DNA of 64,000 bases from Podarcis melisellensis. Lineage: Eukaryota. The stretch lies in the NCBI GenBank assembly GCA_964234715.1, contig OZ174276.1. One strand, given 5' to 3'. The translations under genes and the position numbers were made by a program. Position 1 is the stretch's first letter, and each line of letters starts with the position of its first letter. This document shows positions 26,533-39,697 of this stretch, piece after piece. Under the pieces are notes generated by a model, which was not told the origin of the DNA, made no database searches, and saw only the letters and a list, made by a program, of their open reading frames with translations.

Positions 26533-26805
26533 GGAAAGGGACCCCTGGCCATTAGGTCCAGTCGGGACTGACTTTGGGGTTGCGGTGCTCATCTTGCTTT
26601 ATTGGCCGAGGGAGCCAGCGTACAGCTTCCGGGTCATGTGGCCAGCATGACTAAGCCGCTTCTGGCGAACCAGAGCAGCGCATGGAAATGCCATTTACCT
26701 TCCCGCGGGAGCGGTACCTATTTATCTACTTGCACTTTGACGTGCTTTCGAACTGCTAGGTTGGCAGAAGCAGGGACCGAGCAACGGGAGCTCACCCCAC
26801 TGCGG
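26533..26805 (-). mobile_element. Sauria SINE (5'-truncated)
   Basis: Reverse complement of the 62574-62931 element (gggtcatgtggccagcatgact, ggtacctatttatctacttgcac). Confidence 0.88.
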
Positions 26806-27692
26806 ATGGGGGAGCTAAGGATCTGGCTTACCAACCAAATTCTATTTCCCACCACTGCCGTATAGTTTAAAAAAATAAAAATTTGGATCAGGACAACTTT
26901 GTGCAGGAATGGGTGAGTTAACCCAACCCTTCCCCTTCATGATCTTACCTAAATCAGCACATACACAACGGCATGACAGTTAACACGCAGGAAAAAAGGT
27001 CCTGTTGACCTTAAACCCTCTGCCTCCTCATTCTAAGAAGTAAAGTGAATCCAAGCCCACCACTACCCACAACATTTTCTTCTGTCCATCTTGAAATCTA
27101 ATGGAAAACATATTCATTTTCCCAGGGGGACAAATGGTCCAACAAATATGAGGGTGGGAGTTCAGCTCACCACCATTACTAACCAACATTCTGTTAGACA
27201 TACGTGGTAGCCATGATGGAATACTCCTGAGTTTCACTGATGGCATGTGAAGGCTAGGTTGTTTCTTACTTAACAAGCTTCACTTAACTCTTGGGAAGAA
27301 ACCAAAGCATGAAGTGTCACAGTAAGCCAAACAAATCTGACCTCATGATGCCTTGCTTATTTTGAGTGATGTTCCACTATTTGCTATTAACACCTTTCCC
27401 CAACTGTACAGAACACTCTAAAGGGCCCACTACAATTTCTTGAAGGTTGCCAAGCCAGCTTCCTAGCGCTACAGCTTAGGTGCCAAATTGGAGAACATGA
27501 AAGCTCAGATTCGCATCCACAGAGAGTCAATGTATCCTGTTCTCTGGCTTAACAAGAGGCCTGTAGATGATGGGCTTCCATAAGTTGCACCCTATAACCA
27601 CAGGAAATATGTCCATAGGCCAAAGGTTGGAAGCTTTTGTCTATTAGCATACAAACTACATCCCTGAAAGATTGAGCACAACGAGAACTTAC

Positions 27693-27844
27693 GCTTTGTC
27701 ATAGAATGTCGTGTGTCCTGAATGACAGAACTTCATGCCATTGCTGTTTATCATGCTGCTGTTTATGTTCCCTGAAATGTAAGATTTCCGCGATGCCTGG
27801 TCCTTCGCAAAGTTTCTACAAGCAGCTAATTTTGATTCCAAGGC
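27693..27844 (-). CDS. NDEL1: NDEL1 exon 8, ALESKLAACRNFAKDQASRKSYISGNINSSMINSNGMKFCHSGHTTFYDK (152 nt)
   Basis: ttctcag| acceptor, GC|GTAAGT donor; includes the Cys273-equivalent in LAACRN. Confidence 0.96.
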
Positions 27845-28081
27845 CTGAGAAAGAAGTAGATAACAGAGCTTTTTATTTAAAGTAATTTGCCTTAATGAGG
27901 GAATAGGAGAAATAGAATCAACATCAGCAGATTCAACAAAATATAAGATGGAGCAATGACTCAGAGCAGTCAGTCAATCTTCTGATTCCACTTATGTCAC
28001 ATTCTTAGTAAGAGAAGCTGATTTGAAAAGTCTGCTCTTGAATAGAACATGGATTCCCAAATGCAGGACAGGCCAGAATTC

Positions 28082-28239
28082 NNNNNNNNNNNNNNNNNNN
28101 NNNNNNNNNNNNNNNNNNNNNNNNNNNNNNNNNNNNNNNNNNNNNNNNNNNNNNNNNNNNNNNNNNNNNNNNNNNNNNNNNNNNNNNNNNNNNNNNNNNN
28201 NNNNNNNNNNNNNNNNNNNNNNNNNNNNNNNNNNNNNNN
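28082..28239. other. Assembly gap (158 N) in NDEL1 intron 7
   Basis: Run of N; the flanking exons are phase-compatible, so no constitutive exon is missing. Confidence 0.99.
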
Positions 28240-28434
28240 AGCAGATACCTCCATTCACAATGCTATTAACAATACATTTGTTTCACTTAGCATCCTTGTT
28301 TACATAACATAACAAAGAGTGTGACAGAATCAGTATGCAACAGTATCAATGAAAGGCCTAGGCTGCTTTAAACATAGCCTGGAACTCTGAAAGAGAGAAT
28401 AAATAAGTCATGCATAATAAAGAAAGGCTCTTAC

Positions 28435-28526
28435 CCCAACTTTCCTTAGGAGATCACCTACAATATTGAGCGCAGATATTCTGGCAGAGGGAGTAAGGGG
28501 ACTGGTACCAAAACCGTTGGGAAGAG
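28435..28526 (-). CDS. NDEL1: NDEL1 exon 7, (A)[30 protein letters not shown] (92 nt)
   Basis: tctgcag| acceptor, GGG|GTAAGA donor, phase 1->0. Confidence 0.96.
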
Positions 28527-29253
28527 CTGCAGATGGGAAAAGACAACAGACTAGTCACATGGATGTACATATGAACAAAAAAGGAAAATGAAGAGCATGC
28601 CTACTCATGTTCCCTGGCCCCAAGAACAGTTGCTCTCTGGGAAAATATCACCACTACACATATTTATGAAGACAAACTATCTCAGTGAGTTCCCTAAAAC
28701 CTTATCTCACAATCTTCAAATATCTACATTGCCATTATATGGGATAGGACTTGATAACGAAAACAAGAAGCAATGGAAAAATAATCAACCATTTTATTTG
28801 TATGCCACCTTTACAAAGTTAAAAACATGCTGAAGGCAGCTTATAAAAATGTAACAAAAGTAGTCCTAAAAAAGAAACAAAACATCAAAAAGTATACAAC
28901 CAAACTGAACGATTTCCACATAAATAAGATACAAAAAAACCCCCAGCAACAGCAGCAACACATACACACCACAAAAAGCCCGCTCAAGATTCTTTCAGCA
29001 GCCTCAGCTTTTGTAGCTGGAGTCAGTCAGGGTCATACACTCACAGGCCAGGTGGAAAAAATTAAGTCTTAATTAATACACAAATAAATCTTTGTTGCTT
29101 TATATGGCTCAAAATTTGTTCTTTAATTTCTACTCTGAGACTGGCCCACTATTTCTACATTACTACAGCTGTGCAAGAACTGTGCAAGTTCTACATTCAC
29201 ACACAATGTAAACAGTAGAACATTCAAAGCATAACATGTTTATTGTGTTCTAC

Positions 29254-29427
29254 CTTTTGGAGAGGGAAAGCTGTTCTCACAGCTTTTCCCAACAGGTGTT
29301 GCTGGCAGTGAGAGTGATGCTTGGACAGCTGAATCCATCTTCTCACAGTCCAGGGTTGGGGAACTAGGAGCTGACTTCCTGGTCACTTCCTGTTGCCTTT
29401 CCCGTACTGCTAATTCTTGTCTTAAAT
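29254..29427 (-). CDS. NDEL1: NDEL1 exon 6, [26 protein letters not shown]...FPSPK (174 nt)
   Basis: ttacag| acceptor, AAG|GTAGAA donor; CDK SP/TP sites (S198/T219/S231 equivalents) retained. Confidence 0.97.
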
Positions 29428-30948
29428 CTGTAAGTTTGAAGAAGAATATATTGCAGATGTGTCCCATAACACAGAGAACACATCCACCTTACCCTCCAAT
29501 TTCTGCTGTACTCATTTCTCTGGGGATTGCTACCATCTCTGAGTAGGTTGTGAAGACCGAATGAGACACAAACAGAACGTTGGCTGGAGCTGAATGACTT
29601 GATCTCAAAGCCTAACTTGGACAAGACTTCCTTTGAACTAAAGCTTGAAGTCAATAATGAACAATTTCCATTGTCTATCAATGCAAGTTACACAGAAGTA
29701 GCATTACTAATAACCCTTAAGCAAAGGCAAACTGCCCATCAGGTAAATTCACCTCCCTCCTCCCACTAGCTTTTATGAATGTACTCCTTAGCTATCAAGC
29801 ATCTGCTTGGCTGACACAGCATATTCATATTTACCTCACACTTCCATTGTGGAAAAGACACTTTTTGTTGAAACGTCAAAAGAACCCAAGTCTATAAAAT
29901 ATACACACTCTTATTTTATTTTACCAAATTATAAGTGCAGGCAGCACACTACAACAGGGAGAGACAAGAGGTCTGTGCAGAATGGCACAGCAAGGTCTTC
30001 TTAGTGTCTTGCCGGGTACTGGTTGCCAGGAGCTGAGGCTGCCTCAAATCAACCAAGCAAGCAGGCAAAAGAGCCCTGTCAGCCAGTCCACCAGCCCTTG
30101 ATGTTGGGAATGGACAGACAAGTCCCAGGACCTTGTGGGGCAGTGTGAAGAGGCACCTCTCTTTGTGGCAGGAGAGCAACTCAAGAGACCAGGGGCGGCA
30201 GCAGCGGCTGCCCAAATGACTCCCAAGGAGAGGAGGCTAAGGGAACACTCTACAAGGGAGCGTGTTTGAAAAACGGTGAGTGGCTGCCAGCTCTGCAGGC
30301 AAGGGGTGACATAACTGGGCTCCTGAGCCTCACAGGGGTGCCGCAGAAAGAATGTTGAAGGTGCCAGACATGCCTTTATCTATGTACTGCTGAAGCCTAT
30401 TCCGAGAAATGTTCCACAAGTCAGGGATTTCCAAAGGAGATTACATAAGTACAGATGGGTTTCAAAGCTACTTAATATGTATTTCCTCATCAAATCTGGT
30501 CTGCTGATGTCCAATAGATCGTTGATTCATGTTCTGAAATATGATAGCCACTACATAAAGCATGGCTGGGAAACCTATTTGCCTCCGCAGGTCAAATCCT
30601 TATCAGGATCAGCCTTGTAAGCCAAATATGACATGACATCACATGATTGATAGGTAGGCAACCCCACCCATCTCTCAAAATACCTTGTGTGAACTTTCCA
30701 GGCACCGACCTGGCTGTTTGGTGCTTGGAAACCAGTAGTAGTTCAAAGCCCTTTTACTGTTTCTATGAACCTATGGCTAGGCAATACCTGCTTTCCAACA
30801 TCCTAATATATCGCCAGCTAAACTTCACGATATGACAATATATTACGATTTGGCTTACATTTGTACCCACAGTTCATTCTAAAAGTTCCTATTTATTCCT
30901 TCACAACCAGATTCCATCTTCATTAACTAAGCATTAATTTAGCAATAC

Positions 30949-31085
30949 CTCTTGCTTCATCCTTCAGCCTTTGTACAGAAACTAGCAGAGATTCCTTGTC
31001 ATCTAACTCGCTTTCCAAAAAGGCATTTCTCTCAATGGCCTGATTCAGTCTTTGTTCAAAGTCTTCCAAGGAAACAATTGTGGCC
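30949..31085 (-). CDS. NDEL1: NDEL1 exon 5, [31 protein letters not shown]...KDEAR (137 nt)
   Basis: tctctag| acceptor, GAG|GTATTG donor; NudE coiled coil. Confidence 0.97.
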
Positions 31086-31774
31086 CTAGAGACACACAGA
31101 GAAAAACAGAGGATACAGCTCTTCAGTGCACATTCAACAGTAACTTCTAAAACTATCGTATTATAAGTCATGGTTAGGTTGTGGTCGGTAACTTTCTGAA
31201 TTTATTTGCAAGGATGCCCTAAATCCCTGAGAGCAGGATTTCATTTTAAAGGTGTTGGCGGCTCCTATTTGTGATATATATACTTAACTATAAATAAAAT
31301 AAATTAATTTTTTTGGCACAGTTGGTGCCAACCTGATGCTGTGGGCTGTAGATGTAGCAGAAATCATTGACCACTTTCCTCACAGCACATTCTGAATGCT
31401 AATTTATCATTCTGGAGAGAATCAGTCCAACCAGGCACAAACACTACACACATACATATATTTTTTTATGGGGACAGTGCAAAACAATTTGTTGTATAAA
31501 TTGAAATTATAGTCATTGCGTGTTTTACATTAATGCTTCAAAATTCAATCATATTTTTTGCTAACCCAAGAGGCTACCACATGAAAGAGGTTTTGGACAT
31601 ATGATAAGCACTGTAGATGTTTTAGTTACACAACTGCATCAGTATCAATTCACTATTTATAGCATACAAGGTTCTTTGGAAGCTACTGAAACAAAAACCT
31701 GAGCAGTAAGGCAATATAAGGAAGTATCTGTCTCAGGAAGGGAACAGACTACCACCCAACACCATGACCCTTAC

Positions 31775-31923
31775 CTCTTAGCACGCTCAAGGTCATCATT
31801 GGATTGCTCTAGCTCTCTCACATATTTATGCAGCTGGTCTTTAATTGCCCGGGTCTGACTCAAGTCATCCTCCAACAAAGACACTTGCTTGTAGCTTTGT
31901 GAATACTGGTGCTCAAGCTTTTC
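31775..31923 (-). CDS. NDEL1: NDEL1 exon 4, [13 protein letters not shown]...NDDLERAK(R) (149 nt)
   Basis: ctttcag| acceptor, GAG|GTAAGG donor; LIS1-binding coiled coil. Confidence 0.97.
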
Positions 31924-32850
31924 CTGAAAGCACAAGAGTATTAAGTATTCTGCTGCTTTGAAATTAACAAAGTGATTTAGAAGCATTCCTGCTATCCCCT
32001 GTGCTACTTCCTCAAACTCACATTCATATTTGCAGATACATTTACAGACTACCTAGCCTATATAAGCAGACCAAGTCACACCCAGCAGGACTTGACCAAT
32101 TTTCTTCTCTTTTTCTCCTCAATGCCTACCACATTTCTGAAAAGCAAATTCACATATGAGATGTGTAGCTACTAAAGAGCCCCTCAGATAAGAGACTCAT
32201 ATTGATAGGGACAGCTTGTCTTAAGGGGTGTGGTGGCTACAGTATGCTCAAGCCCTCATCTAAGACCACAAAGCAAGCATGTTTTTTCATTATACTGGAT
32301 GGTTGTAAGTAACCAAGTACTCTTAGTACAGAAGATCCAAGTTACAGTATCTTTAGGTTTATGGGAGAGAATGCAATTCTCCAGAAGCATGTCAGGGCAG
32401 TATGGCAGTTCACTGTGTCTTTGAACTGCAACTAAACTCTTATAGCCTTGCAACCAGAGTGCTGCCAACAGCAATGCATACACCTTTCAGATAGGATTCT
32501 GCCAAAACATCTTCTCTTCCCATAGTGTACTCATAGTACCAAGCAGTCCTTTCACGTGTAAAAGGCATTAGAATACACCAATGTTCACTCTTAAAAGCCC
32601 TTTAATAGACATTGAGCACTAGTTTTAAGCTCCAAGGCTTGTTAGGCTGCTCACTTTCCAGTGACTTTTGAAAATCTGGTGGGCTAAAAGACTATAAAAA
32701 TAAGAGAAAGGATAGGCCACAATTAACTGGCCTTGAAACCTAAGTGTAGCTTTAGAGCAATGTCTTGATAATGAAGTGAGCTATAAATGCAACAATAATT
32801 TCCTATTCCAGATTTGCCTCCACCAACACTGCTAACAGATGCAGTCGTAC

Positions 32851-33004
32851 CTTTAAAGTTTCCACTTCTTGCTTTAATCTTTGGTTGTCTGCTTGCAAGT
32901 CCCGGTTCCTCTGTTCAGCCTGTACCAGCTGAGCCTCCAACTCTGCTTCCAGTTCTCTGCTGCCCTCCTGAAATTCTGCCAGCTCGTCACGGGCCTCCTG
33001 GAAA
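32851..33004 (-). CDS. NDEL1: NDEL1 exon 3, (S)[23 protein letters not shown]...EVETLK (154 nt)
   Basis: cttacag| acceptor, AAG|GTACGA donor; [13 protein letters not shown] NudE motif. Confidence 0.96.
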
Positions 33005-33542
33005 CTGTAAGAAGAATGGTGATGATGAGTGAGGCGTTACTCCAACCATGCCTCCATCCTGTCAATATGGTATTAGCAAGCTCTTAACTACTTCTTCCCA
33101 CTGAACCTCAAAAGGACCAAAAGTATTTACTGCTGCATTATGTGAAGAATTATTGTGTGGAGGTTAACCACGATTCTTGCTGAAAGCCTACTGAAAGAAT
33201 TGCTGCACACTATCTATGTGCATACCCATAGAAAGAAAAAAATAGTCTTCCAAACAATAGAATCCTTTGTGTCACTTGAGACACATGCTCTTTCAAAATA
33301 CTGTGTTGCTTGTGATGCTATACTGTTTAAAGTTAATAATGAGATTAATAAACATGTTGTTTGGACACCAAGCAGTAGAAATCCCTGGGGCCCCAGAGAG
33401 CTGCTGTTTTCCCCTCCCCTTTAGTGCACTTCTCTTGCATCTAACTTACTCTCCAACCAGTGGAATATTTGTAATTTGCCCTTCCTTTTCCCCTAACAAC
33501 CAGAATCCATCTTTCCTGTGGTGAATTCACCTGAAATTAGGT

Positions 33543-33789
33543 GGAGGAGGAGGAGGAGTTTGGATTTGATATCCCGCTTTACCACTACCCTAAGGAGTCT
33601 CAAAACAGCTAACAATCTCCTTTCCCTTCCTCCCCCACAACAAACACTCTGTGAGGTGAGTGGGGCTGAGAGACTTCAAAGAAGTGTGACTAGCCCAAGG
33701 TCACCCAGCAGGTGCATGTGGGGGAGCGGAGGCAAGAACCCGGTTCACCAGATTACGAGTCCACTGCTCATAACCACTACACCAAACTG
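33543..33789 (-). mobile_element. tRNA-head/CORE SINE (Squam3-like), second copy
   Basis: Reverse complement closely matches 190-427; (CCT)n tail. Confidence 0.85.
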
Positions 33790-34409
33790 GTTCTCCCTAT
33801 AAGTTATTTTCTAAAAATATTACTACAGTAAGTGTGGCTGGATGTTAAAGAATCCTGTCCCTGCAAAAGGCAAAAGTGAAGGCTTTTCAAAGAGGCTTAG
33901 GCATGTCTCCTGCACTCATTCACAATTCACTGTATAGTTAATTTACTATACAATGGTCTACATGTTTACTCAGAAGCAAGTCTCTTCAAGTTTAATGAAG
34001 CAGCGTAGGCTTTGGTTTAGGGTTGACAATGTGGAAAATCAGGGTTTGTATTTATTTTATTTAAACAATTTATTTACACTTAACTACAATAGCATCCAAG
34101 TAGTTTGCTAATATATGCCTTTAACATCTATATGACAAGCTGAAATACAACAGGTTAAGCTGTTTCTAGTATGGAAATATAAATATGGGGAAAGCTTAAT
34201 CATGAATGTACTCTAATTTTGGATTATGCCATGCCATTTATGCAGGGTGCCCACAGCACTCTCAAAAATCAAAAACTGCACACTGCTCCAAAAAAGCTTG
34301 CAACCACTGGCCTGTGCCCACATCTGGGTAACCACTGAAAGGTATTTGTAAACTGCAGCCAGTGCAAAATTGAGCAGGTAGATTGTTAACTTGACTGGGA
34401 TCAGATGGT

Positions 34410-34900
34410 CTGAACATAGTAACACCGATCTGGCCTGACTACATTGGCTAACAGTTAGTTTCTGAGTGCAATTCAAAGTGTGGGTTTTGACCTATAGAGC
34501 CTTATGCTGCTCAGAACCCGCAATACTTTAGGGACCACTTCTCCTTGTATGAACTTACCCAAACCCAGGGATTTTCAGAGGCCCCTCTCTGTGTGCCTCT
34601 TCAGAGGGAGGTATAGAAGGTGACAACTTGAGAATGGGCTTTTTCAAGGGTTGCTATCCATTTGTGGAATCCTCTCCCTATGAAAACCTAGCACCATCAC
34701 TGTCAGCTTTCAGACACCAGGCTAAGACATTCCTATTTGCCCAGGCTTCTGATTAATTGGGATAATACTGTAGTATGTTTTCTGGCCTGTTTGTGGTGTT
34801 AATATTTTATTTGGGTACAATAGGCTTCAACCTTTTTACAATATTACTGGATGAGTGCCTTTAGATAAAAAACTGTAAGTCACTTGGAGACTCTTAAAAG
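34410..34900 (+). mobile_element. Old L2-like LINE 3' fragment
   Basis: ctacattggcta...caattcaaagtgtgggttttgacctatagagccct parallels 53215-53280. Confidence 0.6.
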
Positions 34901-35785
34901 TGATGAATAAACAAGGCACTAATAACCTGAGGATGCTGTTGAATCCTTTTTGCTATTGCTAAAAAAATAGAAATTGAAAACCACTGCCAATCCCCCGCAA
35001 ATTTCCCAATAGAGTAGTTTCTACCCATCCCTGTGTTAACTCCTTAAAAACTCACACCACACATCTTGTTTAGGAAGCCAACATCACTTTTTCCCCCTTT
35101 TATTTTTCAAACCATACTGATCTAGGCAAGAAGAAGCTAACAAAACTATACAAAAATTACCCACCAAGTCAGAACAATGAATCTACTATCTATCTAATCT
35201 CGGGGGGGGGGGGGTCCTGGTAGCCCATAATGGCTGTCTTTGTCTTTCATTCCATACCAGTATTCAGGCAGGAAACTGAATTCATTCAGATCACGCATGT
35301 GCTGGGCTGCTATCATTGCAAATATACAAGAATCAGAGGCTTAAACAGCATCCTAATCACTAGAGGGAGTCAGAAGCTCCTATAATCTCAGAACAACCTT
35401 ATTTACCAAAATTAGGCTGCACTGTACCTAAACTAAACTTCAGTAAAACTAGAACTTTTAAAGATATACAGTTTAACCCCACAGTGAAGCATGAGACAAT
35501 CTGCCAAGGGCAGCAGTCAGCAGCATTCTTGAGATGATAAAGGACCCCATTGTTTGCAAAGGCAGATTTCAAACAGTGCAAGGCCACTACTGACAAAGAA
35601 ATTCTATTCCTGCATCCCAGAGCACATAGCTCACAGCTTTGCTGAAGACATGTGGCTTCCAACCACTTGCTTCTTACTGCTGTGACAGACATTTAAAAGG
35701 TTACCGCAAAGAAAGCAATTTAAATGCATTTAAATTGAAATGCATTCTAGAAATGAAACTCAGTAAACTACTACTAGAACCATAC

Positions 35786-35871
35786 CTTTGTTTATATTTC
35801 AAAGATAACTCCTTCCAGTATGCAGTTTCTTCCTCTGGACATGAGAACTCAGGGATTTCTTCACAGTCCAT
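35786..35871 (-). CDS. NDEL1: NDEL1 first coding segment (exon 2 spans 35883-35786), [28 protein letters not shown]
   Basis: ttttgcag| acceptor at 35884, atcATGg start, AAG|GTATGG donor; the eight exons sum to 1035 nt = 344 aa + stop. Confidence 0.95.
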
Positions 35872-36068
35872 GATCATGGTCACCTGCAAAATCCAGAGTG
35901 TTTAACAGGAAGCTCCTGATATGGCCTACTGGTTTCAGACAAGCCCCAGGACTCTCAGGATTCCAAAGCAACAAGTAGAACTATACCTCACCTTCTATTC
36001 ATCTCAAAAGAAATGAGTATGGGTGATTGGCAAAAAAATTTATCAGCAGTTAAAATGTTTTAAGTCTG

Positions 36069-36197
36069 GGTCATGCTGGCCACATGACCCAGAAGCTGTA
36101 CGCCGGCTCCCTCAGCCAATAAAGCGAGATGAGCGCCGCAACCCCAGAGTCAGTCACGACTGGACCTAATGGCCAGGGGTCCCTTTACCTTTACCTT
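36069..36197 (+). mobile_element. Sauria SINE 3' fragment
   Basis: gtcatgctggccacatgacc...ggggtccctttacctttacctt; taagtctgggt occurs on both sides (probable TSD). Confidence 0.88.
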
Positions 36198-38250
36198 AAG
36201 TCTGGGTTGAACCAGGCCACCAAGAGTTCTCTGAAGATGCATGGTTGCATTTAAATTGAATACCACTTTAAATGTTTTGGGAAAACAAAATAAAAACACA
36301 CCCAAAATGTACCCTGCTATTCAAAGAAGGGTTAACGGAGTTGGAACAAATCCAGCTAAGGAATATGCAAATGACCACATTTTAAGACAGGCATTGGCTT
36401 TTCAGCCAGGTGGTAAGACCTGTAATTACTGGAACTAACAAGTCTATCACCCACTGAATAAGATCATAGAAGTAAAGTCTGGTCAGCCATTTAAGCAGAG
36501 CAAAGGTTTGTTCCTGCCCTACAGACAGTGAGAGGCTGAAAGGTTTCAAACTGCCCTTTCTTTAGCACCTGAATACAGTAATGAATAGAAATTGGCAGAG
36601 TGGCTCTACAACATTATCTGTTCAGAAGCACAAAGATAATGAACTGCTTTGACATGCCAACAAAAACATAGGGTAGCACTTCAAGAGTACATTGAAGGCA
36701 TAGACAAAGCACTATAGCTGATGGAGGCTAGAAGCTCTACTAGAGGTATGGGGAATCTCCAGACTGTGACCCAATTAGGCCCAGCATGGGTCCCAATTTA
36801 GCCTGCTATCTCCCTTATACTACACAAAACTTGTTCCAAATCTGACATGGTATGTGACATCAGCTGAGGGCAGGTGGAAACATGGTTGCCAGTGCACAAC
36901 CTTAAAGTAGACTCCTGGTTGTGCTGAGAGGTGCTCAGTTAAATCTTCCTGGTATCAACTGTGCTATTGATTTCTAGCAGAGAACTTGCACAAGTGACGC
37001 TGATACAAAACCCCACGCATATATTAAGTAAAATAGAATCATCACCACCCGATCCCACCCCCACCCACCATGGCCCCCTCCACCTCTTCCCCCTTTTCTT
37101 CCTAATATAACAGTCATGTCTCAACAAATGAAACTGATCTGTAGAAAATGTAACTTGAAAAAAGGCATTTCACATACTTTTATAAACCAAGAAATCTTTA
37201 ATAAAAAATACATTAAACAAAAAAACTGTGCTATTGATTTCCTCATGGGGAACTCCACAGTCAATCCTTGAAGCGACCTGCAAAGAATGCAGAAGCATTT
37301 TTTGCAAGCTCCTTGCAAAGAGCCCTGGTCAGCACTCCCCCTAGTGCTATGACCCACTCCAGATCACTGAAGCTTTTTAAAATGTTAAACATAGGCAATT
37401 TCTCATAATCCATCTAGTTTAGCCCTCTGTAGTGCACAATTCCAAGCAGCATTTGTTCCTCCTGTTTTATTTTTCTTATTTAACAGGATTTATATAGCAC
37501 TTGATCAAAACGTCTTAGCAAGTTACAATAAATATACATTAAGATTACCAATAAATTTAGATATCAAAAGCAAGTTCAATTTTTTTTAAGGCCAATAGGA
37601 CTCATTATATATAATTTTTACTGCCCTTAAATCATATTCCCACAAAAGTTTGAAAAATAAAATAATAATAATAATAATACAATTAAAATTTAGCCAGCTG
37701 CTTCCAGAGGACTGTTAAATCCCCCATTCCTTCAACAGATGATCACTGCTAGCATCTGAGTCAATGTTGCAGCCACTCAACTACAAAGAAGGCATTTGTT
37801 TTACTAACTTTTGAGGTGCCACACAGGAAGGAATGAACTGCATTCACGATAGCTTTTCATCCTCCGCATGTATATAGATTCTAATGTTGTTAACCAAAGA
37901 ATACTGCTGAATTCTGACAAGCATCAATAGCCATTTCTCCCTCCAGGGAAACAAACTGGCGCATCCCACATTTCTGTGACCCACATTTCTGACCTGAACA
38001 TTCAAAGCACACACATAGTATTCTACTTCATCTTACTGTACAAAACATGACAAAGAAAAAAATGTAACAGTTCTTAAATAGCAGTATCATCTGAGGCCAG
38101 TACTTTGAGAAAAGTATCATGAATAATGATAGTGGAGAAATATAAACACTGAGTAATCAAGAACAAGGTAAATGTATTTCCTGCCCAATACTTTATAGAT
38201 ACAAAAAAGTCAAGGTGACTTATAAGTTAAATATAAATCTACTCCATATA

Positions 38251-38492
38251 CAGTGGTACCTCAGGTTAAGTACTTAATTCGTTCCAGAGGTCCGTACTTA
38301 ACCTGAAACTGTTCTTAACCTGAAGCACCACTTTAGCTAATGGAGCCTCCTGCTGCTGCTGCACCTCCGGAGCACAATTTCTGTTCTCATCCTGAAGGAA
38401 AGTTCTTAACCTGAAGCACCATTTCTGGGTTAGTGGAGTCTGTAACCTGAAGCGTATGTAACCTGAAGCGTATGTAACCCGAGGTATCACTG
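38251..38492. mobile_element. Tc1/mariner-pogo (Tigger-like) MITE
   Basis: TA|CAGTGGTACCTC...GAGGTATCACTG|TA; internal taacctgaag repeats; further copies at 39473 and 49771. Confidence 0.9.
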
Positions 38493-39472
38493 TACAGGAC
38501 TTTTAAATGATAATTTTATAAAAACAGTATCATAGTCCAATGGACAACAGATTGGAGGTCATGGAGATGAATATTTTGGTCACTGGGCTATGATATTGTT
38601 TCAACTTATGGGTTACCTTATTAATTTATTATTTAATTATTATTACCTTGACTTTTTTGTGTCCATCTAGAATATAAATGCTGACCTATCATTTCTTACA
38701 TTCTGTTACCCCCATTCCAATCACACAACTGCACTGGATCATAACCAATGCACCTGATCCAGTATAGTCTCCCTGAACTGGGACAAAGAATCCTAGCATG
38801 TAAACAGACATCATTGCAATAAGTGACTCAAGGAACAGATCAAATTGCTAAGTGGCATTTTGGGACTTGGCAGACTCTGCCTTCTCAGTGTGGTAACATC
38901 AATGGTGTTTGTGCCAAGGTACTATTTAAAACAGTCTGCACCATTCCAGGAATGAACTATTTGTGGGTTCTTCCACCCAATAGTGTGCTGTTTTCAAATG
39001 ACTTCTTCCAAGGACTTCACTTGGATTTACAGTTTAAATTTAAAGCACCAAAATGGCAACATGAGACGCTTCAAACAAGCATGACTGAAGTAGTGCAACA
39101 GTAGTTTGCTCTCAGAGGCCTCTCAGAAATGAAACTCAACAGGTATGGAAAAATACCGTCTGTTACAAGCTGATTATGTTGTGCCTTAGGCCTAATAACA
39201 TGGATAGCACAATTTCTGCAAAGATGATAATTGGCAACCATTGTGGAGAAGGGATTTCAAATGTAGTACATCTTTGCTTGCAAGTTTCCAGGCAGCCTCT
39301 TCGCAAATCTGTCCTAAGCAAAAACACCACAGAAGTATGGAGGAAGTGAAAAACTAAGCAGATGAAGAGACTTCAAAAGCAGGCTATGGTCCTTAGAACA
39401 GGTAGTTTATGAAGCATGAAGTCAAATCCTCCAACAGCATTGACTGACATTTTGCAAAGTCTAATGCGAGTA

Positions 39473-39697
39473 CAGCTGTACCTCTGGTTACATACTTAAT
39501 TCGTTCTGGAGGTCCGTTCTTAACCTGAAACACCACTTTAGCTAATGGGGCCTCCTGCTGCTGCCAAACTGCCGGAGCACGATTTCTGTTCTCATCCTGA
39601 AGCAAAGTTCTTAACCCGAGGTACTAATTCTGGGTTAGCAGAGTCTGTAACCTGAAGAGTATGTAACCTGAAGCGCATGTAACCCGAGGTACCACTG
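39473..39697. mobile_element. Tc1/mariner-pogo MITE, same family as 38251
   Basis: TA|CAGCTGTACCTC...GAGGTACCACTG|TA. Confidence 0.9.

Noticed and set aside
18572-27692. Apparent enrichment of RBFOX TGCATG in NDEL1 intron 8 (8 sense copies by eye)
   Set aside because: About 7 copies also occur on the opposite strand, so there is no strand-specific enrichment; only the copy next to the 25-nt exon is used as supporting context.
27992-28312. ORFs spanning the N run
   Set aside because: Artefacts of the assembly gap.
38280-38480. Recurring taacctgaag units resembling an array
   Set aside because: Subterminal repeats of a Tc1/pogo MITE; irregular spacing and eukaryotic context rule out CRISPR.
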